Source of the DNA: Batkoa obscura
Lineage: Eukaryota
DNA length: 64,000 nt
Direction: 5' to 3'
Assembly: GCA_030770535.1 (NCBI GenBank)
Contig: JASVEC010000003.1
Coordinates: 1-64,000, forward strand
In this document: positions 13,389-27,273 of the stretch, in pieces
How the letters are laid out: each line of letters opens with the position of its first letter
How positions within the stretch are numbered: the stretch's first letter is position 1
Position numbers and translations under genes: made by a program
The notes under the pieces: model-generated
What the model was told of the DNA's origin: nothing
Database searches by the model: none
What the model saw: the letters and a program-made list of their open reading frames with translations, nothing else

Positions 13389-14740
13389 TAAATCGTTTGT
13401 CCTTTTTATTTTACTCTTATTTTGTTTACAGGTTTAATCATACACAACTATTAGTATTTTAATTAAAATACATATATTTATAAACTTACTTAATATTTTG
13501 ATATTAGTATGATCTAGTCTTAATATAAAATTTAAACTATTTTAATTTTACATTTAACGGCAAGTTTAATAAAAGGTTAGAATATAACACATTTAATAAA
13601 AAATAAGGTATACATAGTATGGTGTAATTTATATAAATTATAGATACTATAATTGTTAAAAATAATATTAATTTTTTAATTAAATCAGACTATTTTATAG
13701 CGTATATTTTAATTTAATAGTGCCCATAAAGTATTAAACCAAGAATTATATATTTTTTATATAGTTTAATCATTAATTTAACATAAATCAGGTTAAAATT
13801 TTAAAAAGACTTTAAATTTACGTATAAGTTTAAATATACTCTTTTAACAACAATAAACTTTAAATCTCTTATTTTATTTAGAAATATCATTTTTTGCAAA
13901 GTTAAATAAAATTAGACTACTTTTATGTAGAAATGAAAACATTTTTAATCATTAGCTTGGTTTTCGAGAATATTATCTCCTATTAACTGGAATTAAGTAT
14001 AGTTCATAAATTAATTAATTAATTAATTTAACTTTACATAATAATCTAGAAATCATTTTTGTTTATTATTTAATCACAGCTCATAAAATAATAACTTTTA
14101 ATTAAATATTAGTTTATGAGAACTCTATAATAAACAGTTCAATAGAAAAATAATGTCCAAATCAGAACTATAACACTTTAAAAGTTAAAGGTTAAAGGTC
14201 AGCTAATATATTATCATTATATATTATACTATATGTGCTATATATTACTGTTGTAAACATTAATAGCTTAAACTTAACTTTCATTAAATCCTTTAAAATA
14301 ATTGATGAGCCACATTACACAAAATGAAATAATTAAGCACCTTAAATACTTCTTAAAAATAGCAGCGGGTATCTGTTTAATTAAATTAACTTGCGACTAT
14401 CTTCCTTGATGAAGTAAACTATTTAGCTGCTATTCTTTAGAATGACTTTAAAAATGCTTGGCTACTTCATACCCTGGTAACTATAATATTTTAATAGTGG
14501 TATTAATATCGCATATTTATACCATTGAAAATAAAGTATATAAACAAAGACAATACCGACTAAAAAATTCAAAAAAGTAAAGTTGCTTTAATCTATAAAA
14601 TAATAGGTTCTTAATAAATTTTTTTTTACCAGAACAAAGTTTACAAAAAATCAATTAATTGTACCTAATCTATAAAGATTATCAAATTAATATAAATATA
14701 GAAAACCACCTAATTTTGCCTTTTACTTTTTAATAATATA

Positions 14741-15334
14741 ATGATCATGAAGTCCGGTACTTTCTTCGTCCTCGCTACCTTATTCTTATCGCAAATCATT
14801 TCTCCCAAGGTTATTGTAACAACATCAGTTAAAACATATGTTGTTAAATCCGAAGAAACAATTAAAGCCGAAAAAGCACAAAAAGAAGCAAGTAGCCTAT
14901 CAACCAAATCTTTCCCAAACGATAGCTATGAGATGTTATGTCGGGTGAACAAATTGAGGAGAGAAAATGGAAAATCAGAGTTAAGGTTGGATCAACGTCT
15001 TAATGAAGCTGCACAAAAACATGCTGCTGAAATGGCTAAAAATAAAAAGATGAGCCATGTTGGTTTCACCGCAGATACCAAAGAATTTAATGCTCGTATT
15101 AAATTAAGTGGTTACATTCCTACTTATTCTGGTGAAAATGTTGCCTTTAATCAAAAGAATATCGCTCAAGCTATGAACTCATGGACTATATCCAAAGGTC
15201 ATAGAGCCAACTTACTAGGTGATCATTATGAATGTCTTGGGTATGGTATGGTTGATCTATATTGGGCACAAGAATTAGCTAGTGGTACCGACTGTTCACA
15301 AAAGTTCAAAGTTGATTGCTCTAATATGGTATAG
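14741..15334 (+). CDS. Secreted CAP/SCP/PR-1 superfamily protein (bacterial YkwD-like CAP type), intronless
   Basis: Signal peptide; VNKLR..LNEAAQKHAAEMA..MSHVG..GENVAFNQ..WTISKGHRANLL..GYG..YWAQEL. Confidence 0.9.
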   Translation: MIMKSGTFFVLATLFLSQIISPKVIVTTSVKTYVVKSEETIKAEKAQKEASSLSTKSFPNDSYEMLCRVNKLRRENGKSELRLDQRLNEAAQKHAAEMAKNKKMSHVGFTADTKEFNARIKLSGYIPTYSGENVAFNQKNIAQAMNSWTISKGHRANLLGDHYECLGYGMVDLYWAQELASGTDCSQKFKVDCSNMV

Positions 15335-15458
15335 TTATTATAGATTAGTAGTTATTTTGTAAATAGCAATTAATAAATTAATAATTAATATCAAAAAAAT
15401 AATTTTTTTAAGTTTTTTATCTTTTATTTCTATTTCTATTATATTGTATGTTTCTAGT

Positions 15459-16630
15459 TTATATTTCTGGTAATAAATAATCATGTTCATCCCAAAACTT
15501 TTTGGATATAATATCAATATGATAGATAGTAATCTTTCCAGGTTTTAAAATTGACTTTGATGTTGTTTCTACTTCATTATTTATATTTCGTACATCATTT
15601 GAAGCTAATTCAACATTTCCGGCTTCTAACTTTAACATCTTTTCAGGGTTATTGTTTGTTCCATTAGAGCTTATAGCTAAATCTTTTCTCTCATAAATTT
15701 TCTTAACAATCTAGCACTTTGATAAATTAATGTCTTCTAATTACGTATAAATATTACTTTAGGTTTAAAGATAACTGATCCTTTTCTATGCATTTCAGGC
15801 AGTTTACTATAGTTTATATTAAATTTTGTAAATAAAAGCTCGTTTTTATCAGAAGAAACAGTATCCTTAATGAGTTGAGATATTTTAATTATAAAAATCA
15901 ATAACATATTTACCTTTAAGTATTCTTGGGCTTTTTTATTACTGACTCCACTTTCAACTAATTTCCAAAAACAGTAATTGTAAAGATTATTAATATGACC
16001 TATATGTTGTATTTAATACTTTATTTAGCACTTCATAAATTATAAATTTACAATCGACTTGTCTCCATGATAAATAATCTTTTAAGCTTTTAATAGAAGG
16101 GTAACAAATCGCTCTCCCATCAAATGAAGGTGGATAGTTTAATTTAGTTGTTGGAAAAAAGTCATTCCAATAAAAAATATAGTTGCTTGTAAATTTACTC
16201 GCTACTGTTGATATCAATTTACTTTAAAAAGATTAATATTTTTTTAAATATTTGCTTATTTTACCTAGCTCTTCTATCATATTGCTTGGTATCATATTTA
16301 AAAACAAAACTATATACTATTAGTAATCTCATGTTTTTTTGGTACCTTTACCTATACTCGTCAGATTGCCCATAAGCAAAAAATATGTCAGAATTATCCC
16401 TCATTACCTCAAGAGCTGCTTTATTCATCAAACTAATTCCCCTATCATCGTTTGGTTTTGTAAAACAGTGTTTGGTAGTAAACCTATTTACAGTTAGTTG
16501 TCCAAAAATAAGTGGTATCTCCTTACTTATGGAATGCTTGACCATCAATTCTTATAACGATAAAAGTACCTTTTAACAAACTGTCATTTTGCTCAAAATC
16601 CCTTACATATTCATATTTTGATTTTGCCAT
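15459..16630 (-). CDS. THG1: tRNA(His) guanylyltransferase, multi-exon
   Basis: [95 protein letters not shown]..FWDEH. Confidence 0.95.
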
Positions 16631-18834
16631 CTTTAATAAGAACGGTTTGACAATAAGTAAACCAATTAAATAAAAACATAAAAATTGTTCATTTTCTCAA
16701 AAAATTAAAATTTATTTTTAAAAATAGATGATTGGTTAAATTCAGAATCTAAAAAAAACTGTGCATTCCCTAGCCTATAAAAGCAAAAAATGATAATGCA
16801 TATAGCAATCTAATATAAGAAAATTCATAAAGAGATTTAAATGTAAACCAAACCATATAAAAAACATTTATTTTACAATTACTTTGAAGTTTTCCTCTTT
16901 TGAGTGGATATAACGACTAGTACTATTAAATTAATTTTATTTCTTAAAAATATGATTGAACTTTTGTACAACAACATGTTCTTATTTTTATTATTAATAC
17001 AACATTTGGTCTTTTTCCTTTCAAAGTTAATAGAAGCTTATAAAAATAAATTAGATAAAACGTTACTGTTCAACAAATGGCCAATTAATTTTATTGCTTA
17101 AACCATTTTTAGTAAAGTCAAATTATATCCCGATTAGATCTTTATAATAAATCCTTACTTTACAGTGGCTATTACTTTATTTCTAAATTAAAGCCCATTT
17201 TGTAATTTATATTATATTATATTATTTGATGCCTCATGGTTGGGAATACAGGATGTATTTTCACTACCATAACTATTTAATTGATTTTGGAAATTCAGGT
17301 TTAACACCTTTACTCTAATACTAATTGATAAAAACAATAGTTGCAACCTGATTAAAAGCAGGTGCTGAATTTTAGTAAAGTACACTTTTTTATTTCGGAG
17401 GCAAAAGGACTTTATATAATAATGAATATATCTATTGATAAGCATTTTGAGTTTGTTATACATTTAATATTAAAGGTGTTAACTTATTTTTGAAACAAAA
17501 CAAGTTGCTCCTGGTCAATTTACTGCAAGTCGGATATCAATGTTGTCGAAGTTGTTAAGCAGGTTTTTAATGTTCTTTTATAATATTTAGAAATCAGGTG
17601 ATCATTTGATATCAATATCTTGTTAAGTATTTACAATTATAAACCTATAATAATAACTTTGATTAGCCGTGTGTATAATAATTATTGAATTTTATTGCAT
17701 ATTTTTTCGTTCATATTCTTAAAACTATGATTTGAGGCACTCTATCATTTAAAGAGTATACAACTTTGGCTTTGCCCTTAAAGCATCAATCTCACTGAGT
17801 AATTTAAATATGTCTTCTATCTTTAAATATGGTTCTTGTTTAATATATAAGTTTACTCGACATTTAGTTAAGTGGATGAATATCATATGTTATATTTATT
17901 TTCACTTTCGTTTATCAGAATTTTTCATATTAGTATGCTTTATATTATAATATAAACTATAAACATGTGAGTATGTTAATTTCGTGCAGCTTCTTAATTC
18001 AATTTTTTAAATCAAATGATAACATACATTTACTAATATTATAATTCATTATAAATAATAGTATGTTTTTTGATGAGTTTTTTATGAAGGTTCAAATTGG
18101 TAATTTTTTACATTTACCTAAAAATTTAGTATCGCTTTAATACAAAACCTTTTGTGTATTGCAAAATCGGAAGCATATAATTTATGTTTAAAATATTAAG
18201 AGTATCCCCATTTTACTTTTATAGTAATACCATTCTTATCGCCTCAAAGAAGGCACTTGATAATGATATTGGATTTAATGTTAAAGAATCAAGTCGGGAT
18301 TTTAATTCCCTTAATTCGTAATATCAAATGTGAATACTTGACTATTAAATCTTATAAGCAAGGGAAGGGGTTCGTAAGATATCAGAATGTCTGTAGCTAT
18401 GTGACAAAACTATCCATTCAACAAAGTAATATAGCATAGAGTTTGACTAAATGACTTATTTATAAAATGATTCAATGAGTATGTGGTAATCAAGGGGCTG
18501 ATTGTAATTTTTTTGATTTCTAAAGTTATACATATTTAGTATAAAACTTTCGTGTCAATTCAAGATTAAATAAATTTCTTTGTTCTAATATGCTTTCATA
18601 CATATTTTGTTTTTTTAAATCATAATCTCCCAACTATTAAGAAGTTGATCCAGAATAACTTCACCATATAATCTCAAAAAAGTAGTTCTATTAAATAGCT
18701 CCAATTATACTCATTTATACACTTATTAAATAAAATTAAACAAGTAAAGGGGAGAGTATGTTAGTTTAATTAGAATTATTTACGAAAACGAATATATATT
18801 TTAAACAGCATGCATTTAACTTTTACTTTTTTAA

Positions 18835-19758
18835 ATGTTTAGTGACCACTTGGAAGGAAATTTAGCATCTAGTACTATATTCGTTATCGCTGGAGTTTCA
18901 ACAATCCTCAATTTATTAGTAACAATAGTTACATTCAAACTTGATCCTAGGGCAAATGTCGACATTACAATTACATTGTTAATTTCGTTGGTTGATCTTG
19001 TAATATCTTTATTTTATTTTGTTTCACAAATCGCCATTTGGATATCAGACAATCCTCTTTTGACTGATGGGAGTATACTTTGCTGGTTTAATAGTGTTAT
19101 CAGTGAATTTTTTTCTTCCAATACAGTTACATTTTTATCGATTTTAGCTCTCATAAGATATCTTTCAGTTGTTAAAAAAATTAAGATATCCTATTTAGCT
19201 ATAATTTTATCTACAGTTGCTATATTTTTGTTCAATTTGGGAATGCTAATAGGTGACTTTGCCATTTCGATTCCAAAGGTTATGCTGAATGATAATTATT
19301 GTAGACCAAGGAGGGTGGTTGAAGGAAAGATGGCAAAAATATTTGTTGATGTATATAACAATGTACTTTTAGCAAAATATGCTATTTTTATCGTGGTTAC
19401 TTATTTTAGCTATATTGGGATCGTTGTTTTTCGCTATAAGACAACATTAAATTCACTATATAGAAGGTCAATTGATTCGGATGTTTTACAGAAGCACTTT
19501 AATAATTCAGTTAAAAAGAAGGTTTATATATTCTTTTTTAAAGCTATGCTATTATTGATAGGATACACATTAGCGGTTATACCAGATCTCATATCATTGA
19601 TACTTTATGTAGCCTTTAATATAAAGCTTACTCCAGCGCTTGATTTAGTCTGCACAGTTCTAAGGTCTCTAATACCCTTACTTAATCCTCTATTTGTGCT
19701 TATGCTTCAAGAAGGCGTTTATTACACCCTCAAGGGATTATTTTTGAATAAAAGTTAA
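18835..19758 (+). CDS. Class A (rhodopsin-family)-like 7TM G protein-coupled receptor, intronless
   Basis: Seven hydrophobic segments; TM1 Asn, TM2 LxxxD (SLVD), Cys at top of TM3 and in ECL2 (NYCRP), DRY-like ALIRY, TM6 Pro, NPxxY-like LNPLF. Confidence 0.8.
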   Translation: MFSDHLEGNLASSTIFVIAGVSTILNLLVTIVTFKLDPRANVDITITLLISLVDLVISLFYFVSQIAIWISDNPLLTDGSILCWFNSVISEFFSSNTVTFLSILALIRYLSVVKKIKISYLAIILSTVAIFLFNLGMLIGDFAISIPKVMLNDNYCRPRRVVEGKMAKIFVDVYNNVLLAKYAIFIVVTYFSYIGIVVFRYKTTLNSLYRRSIDSDVLQKHFNNSVKKKVYIFFFKAMLLLIGYTLAVIPDLISLILYVAFNIKLTPALDLVCTVLRSLIPLLNPLFVLMLQEGVYYTLKGLFLNKS

Positions 19759-20586
19759 TTGCTTTGAATAATAACTCAAAGTGCTTTAACTTAATTTGTA
19801 AATGTGCGACAATTAAGGTTTTGTAAATTAATCAATACTCATGGTATCTTTTTTGAAATTCCAACTTCGTATTTGACACATACCTTAGTATTCCCTTATT
19901 GATTTTCCTTATGTACTGTTATCTCTATATAATCTACTTAATAATTAAAAGTTGTGTTATTTTCCTTATACTTTAAACACAGCACTTTGATCTAATTATT
20001 TTAAAATTGAAACCCAAAAAAACTTAATTCTCATAAGAATAGCTATGCTTTTGATTTGATTTTTGTATCTAAAGTTCAATTAATATGAGAATTTATGACA
20101 CTAATAAATAGAATATAGAAACGTCGGTTTGTAGAAGCATCTGTACCGTGATCATAAACACGCCAGCTATTGTTTCGATTCCTTTGTTTTTGTAAACAGT
20201 AAAATCATCCTATTCAACACTTTGTAACTTTTCATATTTTTCTGCGAAATGAGAGTGGGAATTTGAAAAATTAAATTTTTTTAAATAACATTGCTTAATT
20301 AGATATTTTATAAAAGCAAAAACCAATTAATAATTATAGTTTCGGCTAACTTTTATTAATAATTCTTTCAAATGTGTAGTAGTTTTTCTTATAAAAATTA
20401 TATTATCATATTATTATTATCTTTTGTCTACTTTTTTACACTAAATAAAATTCTATTCTAGCTAATGCTTTTTCATAGTAGAAATTACGCTCTATTTTCA
20501 AGCTTAATATAAGCGTTATTCTACAAACTTAAATTTTCTTTTATATAATTTTTAATAAAATCAAAGATATTTGTTTTTGATTATTT

Positions 20587-21586
20587 ATGATGCGTAACAT
20601 ATTGTTTAACGCTTGCAGACGATCCAACCAGAATTTATTAAAAGTTAGGGTTAATAAAAGGTATTTTACGGTTAACAAGTTACACTTTGAATCTTATAAA
20701 AAGGAAATTGAAGCAAACAATGGCATTACAAAAGATGAACCACAAAAAGATTTCCCATCAAAAGATTTAAACTCAAAGCAAGAAATTGGGAATTTCAAGG
20801 AAAGTGGTAATGTCAAGGACCTTGAGCAAGGGTTAAATAATGAGGATAGGCCAGTTATGAGTGATAACGATAAAGATCTTGAGACTATAGACTTTAACAA
20901 AGTAGAAACTGACAGTGATTGGTTTTTAAAGGAAGAGTTTGAAAGCATAAATGAGGAAATAGAAATTGTAGAAAATATAGATGAGCAAATAATAAAAATC
21001 GATGAAGATAAAGCAGCAAGCATGAAACCAAGCGTGTTAACAACTGAGTTATTTAAAGAGTTTTTAACTTATTTGGGGGTTAAAGATATCGGTATAATTG
21101 ATATGAGAGATAAATGTAGCTGGACAGAATACATGATTATTGCCCAAGGTTTTTCATTAAGACATTTAAATTCTCTTAGTGATAGAACTCGATTATTTGT
21201 AAAGTTAAATTTTATTTTATTTTATCTCATAATGACACTACTTTTAGGTAAAAGCATGTCAACCTTTTGATAAAACTGTACCTGAGCTACTAAGCTTAGA
21301 AGGAAGTGATAAAGATGATTGGGTAGTTTTGGACGCAGGTAGATTCGTTATTCATTTTATGACTGAAGCTTCAAGAGAAAAATACCAATTAGAGAGACTT
21401 TGGAATAATGCTGTAGATCCCTTATCAAAGTTACAAGCTTTGATAGAAAATGATCCCTCTCTTTTAGATAGACAAGAGTATTTAGAAGAGTTAGCTTCAA
21501 AATTAGAAGAACAATTGTTGGAAGATGATATAAGTTCAGAAATAATCAGTAAAGGGAATATGGATGATATGAAAGATAAACTTTAA
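20587..21586 (+). CDS. Mitochondrial ribosome silencing factor RsfS/Iojap family (MALSU1/ATP25-N-like), 2 exons
   Basis: Basic presequence; DIGIIDMRDKCSWTEYMIIAQGFSLRHL..LEGSDKDDWVVLDAGRFVIHFMTEASREKYQLERLW. Confidence 0.88.
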
Positions 21587-21971
21587 ATCGTTTATTTGGA
21601 TAATAAAATAGAATTTCAATACACTTTAAAATTAACATTATTTAAAAAACACTATCTATTATAGTATTAAATATTGACATTATAACTTTTAATAAAACTA
21701 ATGACCTTCTCTGTTTATAGAATATGTGCTAAGAAAAGCCTAAGTTTATTTGCTAGAATTTTATCTGCTATAAAATCCATTAAAAATTTAAAAGTTTGAA
21801 AATTAAATAATAAAAGTATATGAATAAAACTTCATTCAAAGCAACCATCCCATTTTGCATTACTTTTACAACATAAAATATTGCTTTATTGAAAATAATT
21901 ATTTTGTTTTTATTTTTATAACAACTTTAGCAATTTAAATAAAGTTTTCAGAACAAGATCTAGTGTTAAAA

Positions 21972-23431
21972 ATGGAACCGAAGGTTGAACAATTAAAAAC
22001 TGGGCAAGGTATAACTTACAGCTTTTTTACATAAATGATCAAATATAATTGCGACTAGAAACGGTCAAAGTATTTTGAAACTTATGACTAACATTTTTAT
22101 TTCTATTAGTTGTTACAAAAAGTCACAAATCTACCTGTAGAAAAGAGTTGAAAAACTTAGGGATAAAAAGTCCAATGTAAAAAATAATATTCAATGTTTC
22201 GATATACTAAATAAGATAGGAAAAAAAGGGGCCAAAGAAGAACTAGAACAAAAGCTACCCCAATAGTAGATTTAACAGGAGGAGAAGTAAGTTAAAAAGT
22301 ATTTTATTTTTACCTTGATCTAAGATTCAATTAAAGGTGAAGAGAAGAGGAAGGCCAAGGAAAGGTACTTTAATATTGTGTAATATAAATCATATTAATT
22401 AGTTAATTTGAAGCTGTTATAAATAAGCCTATAGAGGCACCGAAGGTACAAATTATATTATCAGTTTGATACGCTTTTATTTTTTATGAAGAAAGGAAAT
22501 AAAAGAGGAAGGAAAAAGAAAGGTATGAATGAATAGTTCGAAATAAAAATATACTAATAAACAATAGCTTTAGTAAAAGAAGATCCCACTAAGAAAAAAG
22601 ATAATCAAGGAGCAAACGAGTGTTATTTATGTTCAAAAAAAATAAAAGGTGATGCTAATATTTTCAATAAACATATAGAAGAGTGTATGATAAATCACTA
22701 TGAGGTATAAAACTATTTAATTGAATGCTTAACATAAATAACAATTTAAAGGCATTATTACAAGCACAAGCACAAGCACAAGAAGATGACTTTCAAGTAT
22801 TTATTACTATACTTTAATAAAAATACAGCTAATTTATTAGATTTTTGATGACACATATGAAGAGTATACTTGGGCAGGACAAACGCGTGTAAGAGCATCC
22901 ACATTTTTAGAAGGCGCTTTAGGTGGAGGGAGTTTTACTACAGTCAAAAAAAGTGTAGATATTGATGATGACTTGGATATAGACATGGTAGAAGAAGTAC
23001 AATATGGCGACGCGCAGTTTACAGAAGAAGATTTAAATAAAATAGCTAAGAAGGGCAAGAAACCCAAAAACGATAATGAAAACGAAGCAACTCTCACTTA
23101 TGAAGATACAATTGATGAACTTAAAGTGAATGAAAAGGAAGCAGAACAAAAAATTAAACCAGGAAATGTTCAAAATAGATTAAATAGTCAAAAAATGATA
23201 ATTGAATCTTTAAAGCAAAAGATATATTCCTTACAAAATCAAAGCCAACAAACGAATAATAATGTATCTTGTCTAATATGTCAAGATTCTTATCAAGTAC
23301 CTTTAGTTTCCACCGGTTGCTGGCATGTACATTGTGAAACCTGTTGGCTCCAGAGTTTAGCGGTTAAAAAACTATGCCCACAGTGTCAGCGTATCACCTT
23401 CCCTTCAGAATTGAGACGGATTTATCTTTAA
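21972..23431 (+). CDS. RNF220: RNF220-like E3 ubiquitin ligase with C-terminal RING, UBZ-like Zn finger and AT-hook-like motif, multi-exon
   Basis: EEYTWAGQTRVRASTFLEG and CLICQDSYQVPLVSTGCWHVHCETCWLQSLAVKKLCPQCQRITFPSELRRIYL* match the RNF220 signature as recalled. N-terminal exons encode KRRGRPRK and CYLC..FNKHIEEC; 5' exon structure is tentative. Confidence 0.82.
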
Positions 23432-23821
23432 CTTTTAGCTGTATATTCTTTAAAGTTCAAATTCATTATATACTATTTCCAATATGAATGATAGAAGATT
23501 GGCCAATATGTTGTAAAAACGAATTTTTATTACTGGGAATGGTCCTGAATGATTTGCATGTGATTTAACATCAACACTGTTTTACTTGGAAATGTCATAA
23601 TAATTCATAAACTTGATTTAAAAATACATATACTAGCTTCTTTTACTATAATAAAAACATGAAACTATAAATTTCAAATACTTTTTTGTGCTATTATTGC
23701 ATATTTAATTTTTAACTTATTTTTATTTTTAATATTCACTCAATAGTTCAAATTTTTTATACAAAATTCATGCAACTTAAGATTAAATTGTTGAAAAAGC
23801 AAATTTCTTTTTTAAAACAAA

Positions 23822-24564
23822 ATGAGACCTTTAACTGAAGAAGAAACCAAGATATTTTTCGAAAAATTAAGCAAATAGTAATCAAAAGTCGTATATAAAG
23901 GGTTAACTTATAACTCAATTTATAAAATTTAGTATTGGCCCAAATATAGTGCACCTTATTGATCGTCCAGACGAGTTATATTGCTTTAGATTACATGACA
24001 ACAGAGTTTATTATGTTAGGTAAGAAAATTAAATAAAGATTAAAGTTTGTTTGATGATTTACAAATAGTGAATCTATAATGAGAAAAGCAACCAGTGTAG
24101 GAAGGGACCAATTGATGTCCTTAGGCGTATGCTTTGGAAAATTTACCAAAACTTTAAAATTCAAACTACACATCACTGCTTTAGATTATATTGCACAACA
24201 CGCAATGGTAACTAATTTAAATTATTAAAAACCGTTATTGAAAATGCTCACTAGTATAAAATGTGGATTAAACCTAATGGAGAAATGCCATTTTTATATG
24301 GGAATAACGTGGTCAAAGCCCATTTAGGTCGTATTTCTGAGGATGTCCCAGAGCACCAAGGCATTGTATTTCTTTCAATGTCCGATTCACCACTAGTAAC
24401 ATAGACATTTACTCCAATTAATCTACATACTAAAGTTTTTTTAGGGATTTGGTGTAACTGCACGTTCTAGTAATGATATGAAAAAATTGGAGCCTACTGC
24501 CATCATTGCCTATCATCAAGCAGATTGTGGAGAATATCTTCGTCAAGAAGATACTCTTATGTAA
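23822..24564 (+). CDS. NIP7: 60S ribosome biogenesis protein Nip7 (PUA domain), 5 exons
   Basis: [95 protein letters not shown]. Confidence 0.96.
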
Positions 24565-25282
24565 CTAATTATATTTTCTATAGACAAACCATACATTATA
24601 TAAATTAATACATATATACAAAAATAAAAATAGTTATTTTTTATATGTTACAAAACATTTTTTACGTATAAACTAGTAAATATGTATGTACATTTTTTAA
24701 CTCTTTCCACATCTAATTATTGGGTTTTCTTTATTTTTTTTTATAATGTTTTATAAAACTTAAGCTATATGTAATAACCAAATGAACCAAGTGTTTTATA
24801 AAGCAATTATGATTTGAGCTTTCAAAAGCAAAATGAGATTTCTAAAAGCAATCTAATTCTTGAAAACCATCTAGAAATGAATTTTGAATAAATTGAAGTT
24901 CGATGCTATTCTCATTTCTTTATTCTTAGACATGTTAATGAAGTAAACAACAGTAGCCCTTACAAGAAAACCCTTCTATTTGAAATTGTTGTATCTCATT
25001 AAAGAACTAAATTAAGTCCATTATAGCCCCTTTTTAAAATAAATTGTACTATGTATTTAAACTTCGCATATCTATTAGTTAAATCAAAACTTGTCAATAA
25101 GTTTTATTATATCATATATAATTCCATTAAATATGTCTTTTCTTCATATTTGATTAATTTAACCTTTTAATAAATTTATCAAAAAGTCCCATAACAATTA
25201 CTGCTTTAATCAATCCAATTTGACTAAATTTCTTAATTTTGAAAAAAAAACACTATCTCAGCTTGATTTAAAGAAATTCAAA

Positions 25283-25738
25283 ATGTCATCTAATTCTTTC
25301 TCCAAAGTACTTAATAAATCTTTAGATGTCGCTAAAAAGGCTGTTGAGGCCGGTACCAAAGTAGCTAATAAAGCTGTATCTCAAACTTCCCAACAATTAA
25401 ACTCAGCATCTCCAAAAGTTTCAAGTAAGTGAAAATAATTAAACAAAAAGAATCTAAATTCATATGTTATAGGTTTATTTGATAAAGCCGTATATAACTC
25501 CAAAGTTGGTATTGAAGTAGCCAAAGAAGTTTATAAAAGAGAGTATATGGCACCACCAACTAGCCAACAATTACAACAAGCTAAGGAACAATTAAAGAAC
25601 ATTGCTACTCCAGAGTACATCAGAAATCTTTCTATGACTCACATTTATACCGCAGCTTATTACGGAACTCAAATTTATGGGTTTTTCTTGGTTGGAGAAA
25701 TAATTGGTCGCATGAGTTTAGTCGGTTATAGCGTTTAA
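25283..25738 (+). CDS. ATP20: Mitochondrial ATP synthase subunit g, 2 exons
   Basis: YNSKVGIEVAKEVYKREYMAPP..QIYGFFLVGEIIGRMSLVGYSV* (GEIIGR..VGY signature). Confidence 0.92.
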
Positions 25739-26381
25739 TATATTTTAATTATAAAGTAAAGCAAATAAGTTTATTTTTAATTTAATGATTTATATGGAAT
25801 GCAAAAATTATAATTTAGTTGTGTTAATTTGTAGTTTAATTTTCATTCAAACCTCACCCAACTTAGGTGCTTATCTTATTTATTGTAAATTAATCAAATT
25901 GCTTCAATATCTTAATTCAATTATGATATGCTTCGTGTGTCCATACTTAGGACTATAAAAACAATTAATAAATTAGATATTTATAAAAGTATATCAAATC
26001 CAACTATATAACTTATTGATCATATTAAAAAGTATTGATAATTTTAAATAGCTTTTAATAAATTGGATACAATTGAAACCTTATGTCTATAAAAAATTCC
26101 AATAACTACTATTATATTGAATACAGAAACACTTTTCATTTACTTTATTGTACTTTAGTTAATGACATGAAATTTATTATAATAATAGTATAAAATAATT
26201 ATATTTAACTAAAATAAAAATACCAAAGTTTTGGGTTGAGCATGTATCACAAACTTAATATAATGTAGCTCATATAAATAACTTCAGTTAACCTTGAATT
26301 TTACATAATAGTTAAAATTAGTAAGCTTTTAAAGTTTAATATACCAAACATTTAAAAAAGCTGCTTAAAACCACTTTGATT

Positions 26382-27273
26382 CTAAACTTGATATTTAAAA
26401 TTATGGCATTGTTCTTGAGATGAAAGTTCAAACCCAAGCTCTTTGACAATACCATCCTTAAGATCATAAACAAACCCATGGATACTGAGATTTCTACCCT
26501 GTTTCCAAGCGTCTTGGACAAAACTAGTGAGGGCCACCTTCCGCATTGATCTTTGAACGTTCAATTCGATAATTTTATTGATTTTGGCTTCTTCATCATC
26601 GATAGCTAAAAAATGTTTAACATAAAAAAAGGAACATTAAGTAAAAAGCTACCTAACAACTCTTCACGATTAGCTAATAAAAAGCAAAGTTAAATAAAAT
26701 AAAATAGAACTATATAATAATTACCATCCTGTACTTCACGAATGCATTGTAACCAAGAATCAATGAGACCTAATCTTTTATCTGATAATGAAGCTAAAAC
26801 ACCTCCACATTGACGATGACCACAAACAAATATATGCTCCACCTTTAATACCTCAACCGAATACTGAATAACACAAAGTGCACTAAGATCTCCGGGGCTA
26901 ATAACATTTGCAATGTTTCTCAATACAAAAAGTTCTCCAGGTTCTTAAAAAGAATGAATAAAAAAATGAACAAACGCTTTTTTATTTAACTTACTTGCGC
27001 CAAAAATCTCAGAAGCTGGCACTCTAGAATCTGAACAACCTAAGTTAATATGTCTTTAATATATGTTATATGCATATTATATCTATATACCAATAAAAAG
27101 AACTTTTGGTTGTTGCCCACTACTTAATTTTTCAAATAAGTCGGGCTCTTCTTGTGCTTTTCGAGCAGCCCATTCAGTATTCCCTTTTAATAAGCGTTGC
27201 ACTAAATCTAGATAAATTAACAATATATCTAACAAACTTTAATCAATATCATACCATATCTTAATTCTTCCAT
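26382..27273 (-). CDS. NCE103: Beta-class carbonic anhydrase, multi-exon
   Basis: GQQPKVLFIGCSDSRVP..PGELFVLRNIAN..IQYSVEVLKVEHIFVCGHRQCGG..ELNVQRS..IHGFVYDLKDG. Confidence 0.93.

Noticed and set aside
17226..17625. Coding-like fragment MPHGWEYRMYFHYHNYLIDFGNS..*LKAGAEF..YFGGKRTL (DFG- or methylase-like words)
   Set aside because: Multiple stops and no supporting flanking motifs (no HRD, no DPPY); cannot be assigned.
18230..18505. Coding-looking frame with frequent TAA/TGA (stop-codon reassignment or selenocysteine?)
   Set aside because: All recognised genes use the standard code with TAA, TAG and TGA as stops. No SECIS or Sec motif was seen; more likely decayed or random sequence.
18835..19758. 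Type II opsin
   Set aside because: No lysine at the retinal-attachment position of TM7.
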